DNA of 64,000 nt, taken from the NCBI GenBank assembly GCA_964016885.1, contig OZ024743.1, forward strand, positions 107,260,001 to 107,324,000, written 5' to 3'. Position 1 is the first letter of the stretch, and each line of letters opens with the position of its first letter. The notes below the pieces were generated by a model. It made no database searches and had not been told where the DNA came from. It was given only the letters and a program-made list of their open reading frames with translations. Below, piece after piece: positions 1 to 13,760 of this stretch. The DNA comes from Eledone cirrhosa (Eukaryota). The position numbers and the translations under genes are program-made.

Positions 1-139
1 TTTGAGCATGTCCTGGGTCCTTATACCTTTACTAACGGCACTGACAATGAACGACATGAAGATCGGATCATTCTTCTTCGAACAAATGTCCATCCATAAG
101 ATCGCAATATCAATATAGATATTAAGATCTTGATGTTGT

Positions 140-440
140 TGCTATTGACAGAAAAGTGTCGGCAGCGGCGGCGGCGGCGGTGGTGGTGGTGGTGGTGGTG
201 GTGGTGGGAGCAGCGAAGTTTTCGTTGTTAGTGGTGGTTGTGTTGATAGCGATGGTGCTGGTAGGTGCAGTGTTTGAGTTGGTTCCATTGATGCTGGTTG
301 CGGTGATGGTGGTGACCGCTGTGTTGGTGTTGGGTGGTAGTTCTGGCGTTTCTCTTGTTAGTAGTGCGGCATTAATATTATAGTGGTAGGAGTATGTTCG
401 TAACGATAATAGAGTAGTTATATCTGTGATAGTGGAGGTG

Positions 441-493
<53 letters not shown>

Positions 494-1250
494 TGCTGTT
501 GTTGCTGTAATGGTAACAAGAGCAGGTTGATGGTGGTGATGTGGGGGGGGGGGATAGGGGCGTTTGTGGTGGCGGTGGTGAAAGTTGGTGAAAAGCAGAC
601 GAATGAAAAGAGTACACTTAAATACGCAGACTGTATTTATTATGTCGGAACTGATTGACAATCTCTAAAAGGTTACAAGAAGAACAATAAAAACTCTTAC
701 TACAATACTACTGCTGCTACTACACCAACCACAACGCTTGCTACCTTACTTCAATACTACAGCAATAACAACACCAACGGCTATAATACAACAAAGGCAA
801 AAACATTGACAGCATTTCGTATAATACTACAACAACTGCAACAACAACACTTATTGCAATGTTACTACAACTACAGCAATAATATGACAACGACAATACC
901 ACCACCACCAACAACAAAACAACAACTACAACATCAACAAAACGTATTACAAAACTACAACAATAAAAACAAAACAACAGTATCTCCTAAAAGACCATTA
1001 CAATAACAACAACAGTGATAACAATAAAAAGACCACTTACTACATTATTACAACAACAACAGCTGCAAAAACAACAATAATAATACTACGCTACAACAAC
1101 TACAACTAAAACAATGGCATCACTTACAACAATAATACTACAAGGCCAACTACAAATTCAAAAAAAAATCACACTGCAATTCTACAGCACTACTACAACA
1201 GTACTTACTACTATACAACGAAAACAACTGCAAAAGCAACTCGAATATTA
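140..1250. repeat. Low-complexity trinucleotide region: (GCG)n/(GTG)n/(GTA)n, then degenerate (CAA)/(CTA)
   Basis: Visible triplet runs; the overlapping ORFs are homopolymeric artefacts. Confidence 0.9.
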
Positions 1251-1253
1251 CTA

Positions 1254-1424
1254 CAGTGAAATTCCGTTATAACGTAATTTCCCGGGGTATAAACAAATTC
1301 GGTGTAACGAAAAATACTTTATAACGAGAGCGACCGAAAAAAAATCGAGCTTTTGTTTGTTCCTTTCACGGGGATTGAACAAATTTCGTTATGTTGAAAA
1401 TTCGTTATAACGGGATTTTACCTG
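1254..1424. mobile_element. Tc1/pogo(Tigger)-type MITE, ~171 bp
   Basis: TA on both flanks; imperfect TIRs CAGTGAAATTCCGTTATAACG / CGTTATAACGGGATTTTACCTG. Confidence 0.7.
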
Positions 1425-1439
1425 TACTAAAACAATAAT

Positions 1440-1622
1440 TGTTTCTACTTTAGGCACAAAGCCAGCAATTACTCAGTACATTAGTGGTACTTTATTTTAT
1501 CGACCCCGCAAGGATGACAGGCAAAGTTAACCTCGGCGGGATTTGAACTCAGACTGTAAAGGGACGTAACTATGCAAGAAAGCATGGCGTCCAACCCTCT
1601 ACCGATACTGCCAATTCACCGC
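1440..1622 (-). mobile_element. tRNA-derived SINE, full length, 19-bp TSD
   Basis: Minus strand has an A-box (TGGCAGTATCGG), a B-box (GAGTTCAAATCCC) and a GAAACAATTATT tail; TSD CCTGTACTAAAACAATAAT at 1421-1439 and 1623-1641. Confidence 0.9.
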
Positions 1623-1872
1623 CCTGTACTAAAACAATAATACCACCTGGTACATCAAACACAAAAAAAACTACAATTACTACTGCTAATAAAACAACAA
1701 CTTTCTCCACTTTACAACACATTCAAAAACAACATCATCTTCTACAATACAGTACTACAAATACAAATGTAACAAGAACAACAACTTATAAATTACGAAA
1801 ACCCCCCAAAAATAGTAGTCTCGACAAAAAAAGAAGGCAAGAGACGTAAGTTCAAACATGGCTGTTAATAAT

Positions 1873-2088
1873 GGTTTCTTATATAGGCACAAGGCCAGCA
1901 ATATTGGGAGAGGGGGAAGTTGATTAAATGGACCCCAGTGCCTGACTGGAACTTTATTTTATCGACCCCGTAAGGATGAAAGGCAAAGCTAACCTCGGCA
2001 GGATTTTAACTCAGATCATACAGGGAGGTAACTCTATGCTGCAAAGCATGGCGTCCGACTTTCTACCGATACTGCCAATCCATCGCCC
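1873..2088 (-). mobile_element. tRNA-derived SINE (same family)
   Basis: Same A/B boxes and TTTATCGACCCC core; TSD CATGG(C)CTGTTAATAAT on both flanks. Confidence 0.85.
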
Positions 2089-2164
2089 CATGGCCTGTTA
2101 ATAATAATTTCTAAATTTGGCGCGAGGACAACACTTGGAGCAAGTGGTTGTTAATGTCATTAAT

Positions 2165-2349
2165 TGTTTCTACTTTAGGCACAAAGCCAGCAATTAACCA
2201 GTACATTACTGGTACTTTATTTTATCGACCCCGTAAGGATGAAAGGCAAAGTTAACCTCGGCGGGATTTGAACTCAGACTGTAAAGGGACGTAACTATGT
2301 TAGAAAGTATGGCGTCCAACCTTCTACCGATAGTGCCAATTCACCGCCC
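2165..2349 (-). mobile_element. tRNA-derived SINE nested inside an older SINE copy (2106-2147 + 2367-2520)
   Basis: 17-bp TSD TTGTTAAT(G/T)TCATTAAT at 2148-2164 and 2350-2366; the flanks rejoin into one SINE. Confidence 0.8.
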
Positions 2350-2529
2350 TTGTTAATTTCATTAATGTCAGTAATTTACTGGTACTTTATTTTATCGACA
2401 CCGGCAGAGGGAATGATAAAGTAGACCTCGGTGGAATTTGAACTTGGAACATAAAGACCATAAATAACGAATAACGCCAAGTCTTATATCTGACACCCTA
2501 ACGACTGCCAATCAACCTCCTTTAATAAA

Positions 2530-3973
2530 TATTTCTAATGTTGGCACAAGACCAGCAATTTGCGGAAAATTAGAGTCAATTATATTGACCCTCGTATGTA
2601 ACTGGTACTTTATTTGATCAATCTTTGAACGATATAATGCAAGTTTGACCTCGGTGTGTTTTGATATAAGAACGTAGAGAATCGTAATTAAATACCGCAA
2701 AGCCGTTTATCCGTCGCTCTACCAATTTTGCATATCCATCACACTCGATACCCTTTATAAAAACAATCAATTCTCCCTCCAACTATTCTGTATACTAGAT
2801 CATGTCGAACATTGTTGACCGCAATAAACAACAAGAATAAAAATAAATAAATAAATAAAAGTGGCAACCAAATAACCTCTGTAAAGTAGCTTTAACTGCT
2901 AGAAATAGCAATCAATTCTCCATCAAATCACTTATTAAATTAGATAGAACTCATAATATTGCCATTCTTTTTTCTCCCTCTAAACATTCTCTCGCTCACT
3001 GCCTCTCTTTCCCCACCATTTCCTTAATCTGTCACTTCTCACTCCATTCTCTCACTAACTGTCTCCCTCCCCATATTCTCTCTCTGTTTCCCTTGCCATT
3101 CTCTTTCTCTCTATCTCATACACATACAATAAGCAAAAACAAAATTTAATTTGGTACACACTAAAAAGCCGCCACCTACATTAATCAAGTACATATCATG
3201 TACCCTTAACTCTTAATGGAGTCTTAGGAAGGATGGGAATTTAAAAATGGTGATGTTTATCCACTTCCAGGTCTAAATATAACCATTCCAGAGAAAGTGA
3301 AGACAGATAATGGAAGAATATATTGGTACTTAAATCATCGACCTCTAAGAAATAGATGAAGGGCAAATGATTTGTTGGGATTTGAACACAAAACGTAGAA
3401 AGTCGGAATGAATAGCACAAAGCATTCCATCTTACGTTCTAACGACTGCCAATATGGTGCCTTAAAATTATTTATTTATTTGCCACAGGGGCACGTCACC
3501 ACCGATTTATTTATTGTTTCAACGTTTGGTTATGAGGCCAGTAAATAAAAGGGAAAGGAAGAGTCGATTAAATGGACACCAGTGTCTTAATTTGTCGAAC
3601 TCGAGAGGGTGAAGGGCAAAGCTAAACTCAGCTGGATTTGAAAACTGAAAGTAACATAAAGGGGCGTAACTCTCTGCAGCAAAGCATGTTGACCGACGCT
3701 GAAGCAAAACAGCCAATCCATTGCTCTCCACCGTATTACTAATAATAAAATATTCTATTTAATAGAATAGTAAATTTAAGAATTTTTCCAGAATGATTTA
3801 TCTGAATCACCGGTATTTCGGTGGAAAAGCCTTCTTGTTTCGGAATGTCCAACTACTATCATTCGTTACCCCACCCAGAACTGCACAATGTCCGCTTGAA
3901 TAAAACAAGTTATTTTGAAAGGTTTCTTTTTAAATTAAAATCGTTCAACCTAATTGAATATAGAAAACTTTAG

Positions 3974-4010
<37 letters not shown>

Positions 4011-4246
4011 ACAATCTTTATAGGGAAATGATAATTTTAGTAAATACTTCCAAATTCTTCATTAAATAATTGTTTCTACTTTTTGGCACAAGGCCAACAA
4101 TTATCCAGTGCATTACTGATACTTTATTTTATCGACCCCATAAGGATGAAAGGCAAAGTTAACCTCGGTGGGATTTGAACTCAGATCATACAGGGAGGTA
4201 ACTCTATGCTTCAAAGCATGGCGTCCGACCCTCTACCGATACTGCA
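2530..4246 (-). mobile_element. Further decayed SINE copies (~2530-2745, ~3320-3462, ~3515-3735, ~4070-4246)
   Basis: GGCACAAG..AGCAATT, GGTACTTTATTTTATCGACC and GGATTTGAAC motifs. Confidence 0.7.
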
Positions 4247-4453
4247 AAATAGAGGCCAGTATCATCCAGCCAGACACCCATATTCCGCCAGGGAACCATA
4301 AATTAACGTCATGCAAGTTTTAGTTTCGGGACTAATAGAGCAGTTTACTGCTGAAATGAACGGGTGAATTGCTGAGAAGTCCATAGACAGGGGTAAATAG
4401 ATACATACATACATATATGCATACAAACATACATACATACATACATACATACA

Positions 4454-5034
4454 TGGTGGCTGCCAACTCGTTTTCGAGTACGGCCACTACTTTATATCCA
4501 TGTAGGAGAACCCCTACCGATGCGCTGAACGAGTGTGACATTTTAGCCCAGCCACTACACTTGTGACAATTATTGACACATAGTGCTGGGCCCATGGTAC
4601 CATGTGACAATAATTACAGAGAGATCTCCAGATATAAAGCAATGCCTGTGCCGTGAAGCTTTTATAGTGAGCAAAGGCACTGCACAAAGCCAGTCCCACT
4701 CCCTTAACCAAGATGATATTTACCAAAAAGAAGAACATGTCAACATCATTGGATACCATCAGAGTTGCTGGTGTTATATCAGAGTTTTCCTTCTCCTAGA
4801 ATTCTGCCTTGACAAAGGCTAAGGGGTCATCTCTCCCGGTGATTTTGGATGGCCATTGACTCTTAAGAGCTCCTTTGCCCTTTGATAGGTTTTGTTTTTA
4901 GTCCTGCAGGATGTCCAAAGTCACCCTCCTCACCAAGAAACCTAGGTGGGGTTGCCAGTTTAGTCGCCAACGACCCGACCATGAGACAGGTTGTACTGGG
5001 ATACATGTTACCAGTAGCACCAACTGGTGACCTG
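4454..5034 (+). mobile_element. Putative non-autonomous retroelement (~580 bp) inside a (CATA)n array
   Basis: GC-richer non-coding block flanked on both sides by (CATA)n; no ORF of a known family. Confidence 0.45.
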
Positions 5035-5837
5035 ACATAAATACATACATACATACATACATACATACATACATACATACATACATACATACATACATAC
5101 ATACATACATACAAGCTGCGATTCATAGAAGCAGAAAGAACAAAACTTGTTTGGAAATTACAAGTACAATCCATTAGGGGAACAGTAAAAACATATAAAA
5201 CATGTAAAACACTCTGCATGTAATATCTGCATGTACACATGTACAGATACAAAACATATGCACATGCACACATACGACTCAAATCATACACATCCACACA
5301 TACATTAACATAATACCTGAACACACATACACGCATTCAGGCATGCAGACATATCTACTTAGTTTATGTTGTTTAAATTCCAATGAAACACTATTGTGTC
5401 TATGCTAGAAACCAACTCTCACTCAATTGGTAAATATTCATAAAATTATAAAACCAGAAGAATATACATACACAACTACACAGAATAAAAAAAAAAACAG
5501 TGGGAAAATATGATATCAACATTTTAAAGCAAAACTCAATCAAATTTTATATAATTAATTTTATTAAGCCGTTTAACGAACCATTAGAATATATTATTAA
5601 AAAAATATACTCCACTGTTTAAGGCAGAGATAGGTACACATAAATACAGTTAACTCACACTAACTTATTTAAGAACTAATGTAAATATTTTACATTTAAA
5701 CACTAAGTGCTAAGACTTTATTTCAGAAATGTGACAATGGTGTAATCAGTCGTTCTGAACAGATGCGACACTCTATAACTAAAATACAACAGCTGTCAGT
5801 TTTACGGCATAAGCACACTAGTAAATATATTAAATAT

Positions 5838-6054
<217 letters not shown>

Positions 6055-6435
6055 AATGTGCGTGTGTGTGTATATATATATATATATATTAATCAAAGAC
6101 AAAAGTTGTTAAACATCAATTTAGGATGTGACAAACAGTTGTGTAGCTCTTTATGACATTTAAAACAATAAAGGTTAAATTATCTAACACTGTCTTAAAC
6201 TAAGTATACTGTCCGACAAAGATCGTAGAAACGCAACGTCGTCATAAAAAATAAAATACCGGGGAAAGGGGAGAGAGGCAAGATAATTCTGCGAAAATCA
6301 TCGATTAAGTATTATCATTCATATATGATATTAAAATGCTTCTCTTTCCATAAAACTTGTTATTGAATAACCAGATTATAGCGAAGGTTTTGTGGAATCT
6401 ATCCAGCATTATTATATGTATATATATATTATATG

Positions 6436-6497
<62 letters not shown>

Positions 6498-7143
6498 AAT
6501 AAAGTCAGTCCTTCATCAGTGATCTTCCAACCTTCATTGGTATTTCATCGCTCTAAGACCATATACCTCCGGTTGGTGCGAGCAACGGCTAATGAAAGTC
6601 GTTGGGACACGAAAATAAGGGGACCGAGCGAGACTGTAAACAAACAAAGATGGTAAAGCAACGAAAAGTGAGGAAGAAAGAGTCAAGTCCCAGATTTGCA
6701 TGAATATAGTTCGGTGAAATCGTGAACGAGAGAGAATAAAGACCATCAAACCTAGTCGAAATGTGAGCAAGGAAGGAATTCCGCACAGGTCAAACGGGAA
6801 GAAGAAGGAGTCTAGTCTCTGGATTCGGTGAACATAAGTTCTGTGAAATCGTAGACAAGAGATAAAAAAGGAACAACCAGCCTGGTCAAGCGTGCGCGAG
6901 AAAAGAATTACGCACAGGTCAAACGGGAGGAAGTAGGCGAGGTAGTAGCAGAGAGTGAGTGAGTGAAGGGTTAGGAAGAGGCTAACAGAGAGAGTGACTG
7001 TTAGAGAGGGTAAATATACAGAGAAAGAGGAAGCAGTAAGAACGAAATAGACGGACCACAGCGGGGGAAACAAATATATGTGTAAATATGAAAACAAATG
7101 TGCTGCGTGGTTGCAAATGGGTTACATATGAATAAAATTAGTC

Positions 7144-7230
<87 letters not shown>

Positions 7231-7427
7231 TATATATATATGTATATATATATATAAAATCACGAGCGCTCAATCTCAAAATTATTTTTGAAAAGCAAAA
7301 GAAATGCGCAACCGGTAAAAATTAAAACTGAATACTAACCCATACTTATTATTAATTTATACTTATTCCTAATTAAACTATTTTTCACTGGGAAAAATTT
7401 GTCACCATTTTCTTTTCCTTTTTACTA

Positions 7428-7462
<35 letters not shown>

Positions 7463-7469
7463 ATATATA

Positions 7470-7549
<80 letters not shown>

Positions 7550-7612
7550 GAGTTTATGTTGGTTGTATACACCTAAACAACATATGTACTTGTCTATACC
7601 ATACTAATTCAA

Positions 7613-7667
7613 ACTGCCTGAAGAGGTCACAGCCAAAGATGGCTGTCACTGAAATATATATAGCAGT
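7613..7667 (+). ncRNA. Minimal type I hammerhead ribozyme (PLE pLTR type)
   Basis: Stem I ACTGC/GCAGT, core CTGAAGA, stem II GGTCACAGCC/GGCTGTCACT, GAAA, 1-bp stem III with palindromic TATATA, AUA site, then AATAAA. Confidence 0.75.
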
Positions 7668-7711
7668 AATAAACGAAGCTAAATTTTAATCATTTGACTT
7701 TTATTTAACTT

Positions 7712-7742
<31 letters not shown>

Positions 7743-8252
7743 GTATATATATACATAATACATACATGGGAAAAAAACGCCACCTGGTTCAACAACTACG
7801 AAATGGATTTCAAAAATGAACAACATACAGGTAATCCATTTTTAAAACAAACTAAAACCCACACACCACACGCACAACAAATAACAAAAAAGTAACAAAA
7901 CGTCCAACCTACCTCCCGCAAAACTATGACGATAATCTCATAACCCTTAGACAAAACTATAACCCCACTAACAAAAACCGAAATCCATAAACACAAGAGA
8001 GGACCCGATCCGCAGATCACAACCCACACAAAACCTATTCCAAAATCGTAGACCCCAACCCACACAGAACCTGTTCCAAAATCGTAGATCCAAACTCACA
8101 CAAAGGAACAAAACCTACAACCCGGACTATCAACAAACCGAACCTCAATACATCCGAAACTTATATACAAGACTACACAACAACAGGGCAAATGCCATTA
8201 GATATAATAATACCCATGAAAAAATAATTCAGAAAAATTATTTTTTAGGCCA

Positions 8253-10491
8253 ATGCTACAGGACCCACGACACCCGTTAGCAAAAACAAATTTTGAAAAA
8301 CCGAAAATAATCAACCTTTCAAATACAATCTTCTCAGCCCAACAAATTAAAATTCTCTCCAAAGGATTGAAATTCACACCAACACCACAATACTCTAACC
8401 TCAATGAGATAAATTACGATATCTCACACTTCTGCAGAAAATTATGTCTCTCAGAGGAATGTTTTGACAAGGAGAATAACGAACAATCAATTGTACGGAG
8501 TAAAAGCAGCTACAACCCAACAAAAGGTAGAAATAGAGTTCTGGACAAATTTTGTGACCACATAGCAACTTTCCCATATTATGAACTACAGCAACCTAAA
8601 CACAACCCCAACACGAGTCGAAGGGAATGGGAGATTATCCATGAACTAAACAATACCGACATTATAATTAAGGAAGAAGACAAGGGAAGTACTGTCGTCA
8701 TTATGGATGCTGAACAATATAAACATTCTATGTTCTCTCTCTTACAAAATACTAACTTCTATGAAAGAGTAAAAAACTGCCAGCACTAAAAAACAATGAC
8801 CAGATTAAACACACTCATTTGTCGATACCAGGAAGATTAACTAAAAAGCAACGCGATTATTTAACACATTTTGAATATCAAGCCAGCAACCTTTACGGAT
8901 TTCCGAAGATCCACAAGTGTAAATAATTACCGATGCCTGTAAACAATCCACCTCAGCCTGCGTGAACACACAATACCCAACTGAACTTAAATTAAGACCA
9001 ATTGTAGTTAGCCCACAATGTGAAACACACAGCTAAGTAACTTTATAGACATACTACTAAAACCAATTCTCAAACACATACCAAACATGTCAACAACCTC
9101 CCCAAACATGTCAACAACGACACTATTATTGTGTCTTTCGATGTAGTGAATCTCTACACAACGATCCCACACCAATACGGACTAGAAGCAATAGGATTCT
9201 GGCTAGAGAAATATCCCAATGAGATACCTGACAGAATAGAAAAAAAGCTTCATCACCGAGGGTTTAAAATTTATTTTACGGAACAACTTTTTTTATTTCG
9301 CTGGCAGTACTTACAAGCAAATATCGGGGAGTGCGATGGGTACAAAAGCCGCTACAACTTATGCCAACTTAGTTATGGCATACTTGGAAGTCCAGATATA
9401 TGAACAGTCAAAATCAAAATGCGGATTGATATTCCACAAATATTTATCAGAGAACTGGAAACGCTACTTGGATGATTGTCTCATTCTTTGGTCCAACACA
9501 CACGACCAACTAAATGTTAATTAACTTTAATTAACGGCATCAATAACCACAGACAATTCACAATGGAATACAGCCAAGATCAACTCCCAATTCTGGACAT
9601 CTTAATCTTAAAAAAAGACACAAATATTGAAACTGACAAACAATACCTGCTATTCATCTCCAACCATCCAAAGCACACGAAGACGAACATTTCTTTTAAC
9701 CTAGCAAGAAGAATTTGCTCAATTGTCTCCAATTATGAAACGCGAAATAAAAGACTTCAAGAATTACAGGAAATTCTACTCGAAAGACAGTACCTACCAT
9801 TAATAATAACTAATGGAATAGAAAGGGCTAAAGCAATAGGTATTGATGAATTACGAAAACAGAAACAAATTCAAGGTACGTCCAATATTCTATCATATAT
9901 CTCAACACACAACCCAAGAAATGCGGACGCTTACAAAACTATTCACAAGAACATCCCACTATTGAAAAACACCCAAGAATGAAAAAAGCCCTTGAAACAC
10001 ACAAAATAATCAAAAGCAAAATACAACCGAAATCACTAAAAACATTACTCACCAATGCCAAATTACCTACCACAAACCCACAACCAACTGTAAAAAAATG
10101 TGGTCGCTATAATTATGGAACCTGCACTCACCTCATGTGAAGGCAACACGTAAACATTTGAATCAGGACAAAATTTTGCTGTAAAAAATCACTTCACTTG
10201 CTCATCAAAAAATCTACTTTATGCCATTAAATGTAAAGGATGCAATGAAGATTATATAGGACAAACTAAACTCACACTCAGAAACAGAATAACAGTTCAT
10301 CGCCAACAATTAAGAGATCCAACCACGAGACAGGTACCACTAAGTGCACATCTAGACATATGCGCAAGTAATAAGACACCCAAATTCCAAGTCTTCCCAT
10401 TTTTTGCGCTGACAATACAACAGAACAAATACGAATAAATAAGGAAAATATGTTTATTCAAAAATATAGACCAGCATTAAATATAGTTTAA
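8253..10491 (+). pseudogene. Penelope-like element RT + GIY-YIG ORF, frameshifted (Neptune-like)
   Basis: ILSKGLKFTPTP, DKGSTVVIMD, SFDVVNLYTTIP, MGTKAATTYANL, WKRYLDD, SNHPKH, Cys linker, YAIKCKGCNEDYIGQT, ending YRPALN; many stops and frameshifts. Confidence 0.9.
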
Positions 10492-10723
10492 TATACATTA
10501 TGTCAACACCATAACATGCTAACCTTCCAAACAGACACATACATACACACATAACACCTTCTACTTTAGAAAATAAAAACCAGAACTAAATAAACCTTAA
10601 CATACGTTAATACTCTAACACCTTAACATGCTAACCACACACCCCACACACACATGCCCACAAACATAACACCCATACACACACAATTCCCTCCCCCATT
10701 TCTACTAATAGAATCATCTTCCT

Positions 10724-10754
<31 letters not shown>

Positions 10755-11321
10755 TACACACACACAAGCACACAAATAAAGATACATATCTCTACCTTCT
10801 TTATTTCAATAGAAAGTCTGAATTCTAACACCCCAGTGAACCAACCATATTCAATGAACCAGAACAATTCTCCCCATCCCATTTCTATTGACCTTTATCT
10901 TTTGTTTGTCATAAACATCTCTAAAAGGCTACAAGATAAATTCCCAAATACGGGCGCGAAACTTGATGAACTTGTTCACGTGACAGTCATAATTTGATTT
11001 ATAACCAATCAAATTACATTTATAAAAAAGCCTCTGTGAGACAATTTTTTTAAGTAAAAAGAAACTCAAACAAACTGGCGCGAAAGCTGATGTGCTTTTC
11101 CACGTGACTGCGTCAACCAATCTTCACTAATGTATGAAAAAAAAAACACCTTGCCTCCCCCCCCCCTTTTGTTTGAAAAGCTTTGTAACGCGAACTGGCG
11201 CGAAATTTATTATACTTATTCACCAACCAATCAAATTACTTCCGTAAAAACCTGGCATTTCGAGCCACTTTTTTCCATATAAAACAAGTAACATTCAAAG
11301 ACCAACCAGATGTGAGAAATA

Positions 11322-11450
11322 CCACAGGCCCTCCATCTCAACTCTACTTTTGAAAAGCAGAAAAACTGCGAAACCGGTAAAGGAACCAAATAAATATATA
11401 TATTTAAACAAAAAAAAGACTCCAGTTGCATTTTCGATTTCATCTTTTTT

Positions 11451-11525
<75 letters not shown>

Positions 11526-11582
11526 CATACATATATATATATATATGTATATATTTATATATATATATAAATATATATATAC

Positions 11583-11619
<37 letters not shown>

Positions 11620-12108
11620 TATATATATAATGCGATGAAATACCAATGATGGTTGACAAATCACTGATGAGGGACTAATTTTATAATATGTAATCCATGT
11701 GCAACCATGCAGTATTCTTCTCCCCTTGTTTTTCATATATATATATATATAAGTATATATATATATATTAGAAAGTGAAGTTTTTTTTACAAATTGAAAA
11801 ATAACCAAGGTGTCCTACACGAGTGAAAGTATAAAGAAAAAGAGATGAAATCGAAAATGCAACTAGAGTCTTATTTTTTAAAAGAATATATATAGATTTA
11901 TTTGGTTCCTTTACCGGTTTCGCAGTTCTTCTGCTTTTCAAAAGTAGAGTTGAGATGGAGGGTTTGTGGAGAAAAACCACAGACTCTCCATCTCACTCTA
12001 CTTTTGAAAAGCAGAATAACTGCGAAACCGGTAAAGGAACCAAATAAATATATATATATTTAAAAAAAAAATAAGACTCCAGTTGCATTTTCGATTTCAT
12101 CTCTTTTT

Positions 12109-12112
<4 letters not shown>
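11322..12112. repeat. Three ~135-bp PLE pLTR copies (+ 11322-11455, - 11830-11969, + 11977-12112), each with a hammerhead-like motif
   Basis: Direct and inverted near-identical copies; the last two form a palindrome centred near 11973. Confidence 0.8.
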
Positions 12113-12162
<50 letters not shown>

Positions 12163-13189
12163 TCCACCTTCTCTGATATTTTTCAGTGCTACAGGGGATT
12201 TAACCCCATTTCTTGTCCACTGTATCACTTGATAGGGTTTTCCTCCTAATTTTCGAGATTCTCTCGCGCGATGCAGGCCTGTTTTGAAATTTTTCCCTGA
12301 GGTGTTCCCTTGAAAATCGGCGTACCTAACAAAAATGTTATATCTCTATGATATAGTATTTTTGCATCGTAGCCACGAAACTGTATAGTCGGGAATTTGA
12401 AGAAAAAATCGGTATTTATTTATGTCTACTATTCCTTCTTCCTTTATAATATATTACCTAGCTCTGATATAGAGTCAATTTAATTATTCCGATTATCTCG
12501 TCACTCATAGTCATAGAGCAACACTGGTTAAGGTTGACAACACACAATCTCATATACTTGTGTATGTGTATATATGCATGTATATATATGTATACACATA
12601 TATTTGTGTACCTCTCATTATTGTGTGTGTGTATATATATATATAGTGAAGGTGTGTGGTTGAGTGCTTAGAGAATTATTGAGGTTGGACCGGGCGATGC
12701 GTTATGTCTTTGACACTTTCAAGGGTACCAGTAATTTGGTACGCTTTCGGCAGATAAAATACAATATTTGGTTTAAAGATAGTGATATATCGACAAATGA
12801 ACTTAATGTTATGAGTTCAATGCATTGAACTCATAACAAATATGGTTTTATAAAGATAATTTTCATTTATTAATATTATTGATATTATGGTTCAGAAGAT
12901 CACTGTTGAGTGCTTCTAATCTGTTATGAATTAACCTTGTTGAATAATCAACAAAGAAGTAACTCCTTGTTATATATATATATATATATATATAAATATA
13001 TATATGTGTGTGTGTGTGTGTTAGAAGAAATATGTAGATGAAATATCAAGGACATGCTCAGTCTGTATGTGCTACCATTGATTTCGAGGACCAGTCATTG
13101 CCACCACAGTATAACATATGAGGCACTTTTAAACTGGCCCTTCATTCAGGCACATTGACGAACATATGACTGTTTCTTTTTGTTATTAG

Positions 13190-13760
13190 TATGTCTACGA
13201 AATGGAGTTTTTCGTTGCTAAATTCCATAGTGAATTGGATGTTAGAGTTTATATAATTAGTGAGGACTTGGAAATTCCTTAGTTCATCACAAAATTAGAA
13301 ACTGACATTTGTTCAAACCCTCCGACTCCCGGCAGTACCTCCTCTTCACATCTACTCATCCTTTGCATACACACATCAACGTTCTACTTAACCTAGCTAA
13401 GCAAACCTGCACAATATATTCAAAAACAACAACAAGGTACCAAAGACTACAGGAGTAAATAACCTCTAAATCTAATCAATGATAGCTTTCAAAAATACAA
13501 AAACATTCAAGTCCACCGCGAAACAAAAATAATAACATTTTAAAAAGTCATACCATACATCTCAAGCTTCAAACCCCAAAACTCAGAAATCTACACAGTC
13601 ATACAAATAAATCTACCTATACTAAAAAAAGACAAAAAATTAAAATCCTCTTTAAAAATATCCTATTATTAAGGGTAAACGATAACCGAAATCATTAAAA
13701 AAGAAATACTGACTAGGGAAGAGATGCAAACCACAATTACAGAACCTCATGAAAAATAAT
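13190..13760 (+). pseudogene. Highly decayed PLE fragment
   Basis: Residual similarity to 9560-10070 (IPYIS..NP-like motif, RLQE, PKSLK). Confidence 0.4.

Noticed and set aside
1-661. Possible host exon or low-complexity protein at the window start
   Set aside because: ORFs are triplet-repeat translations; the unique first ~150 bp has short open frames with no recognisable domain
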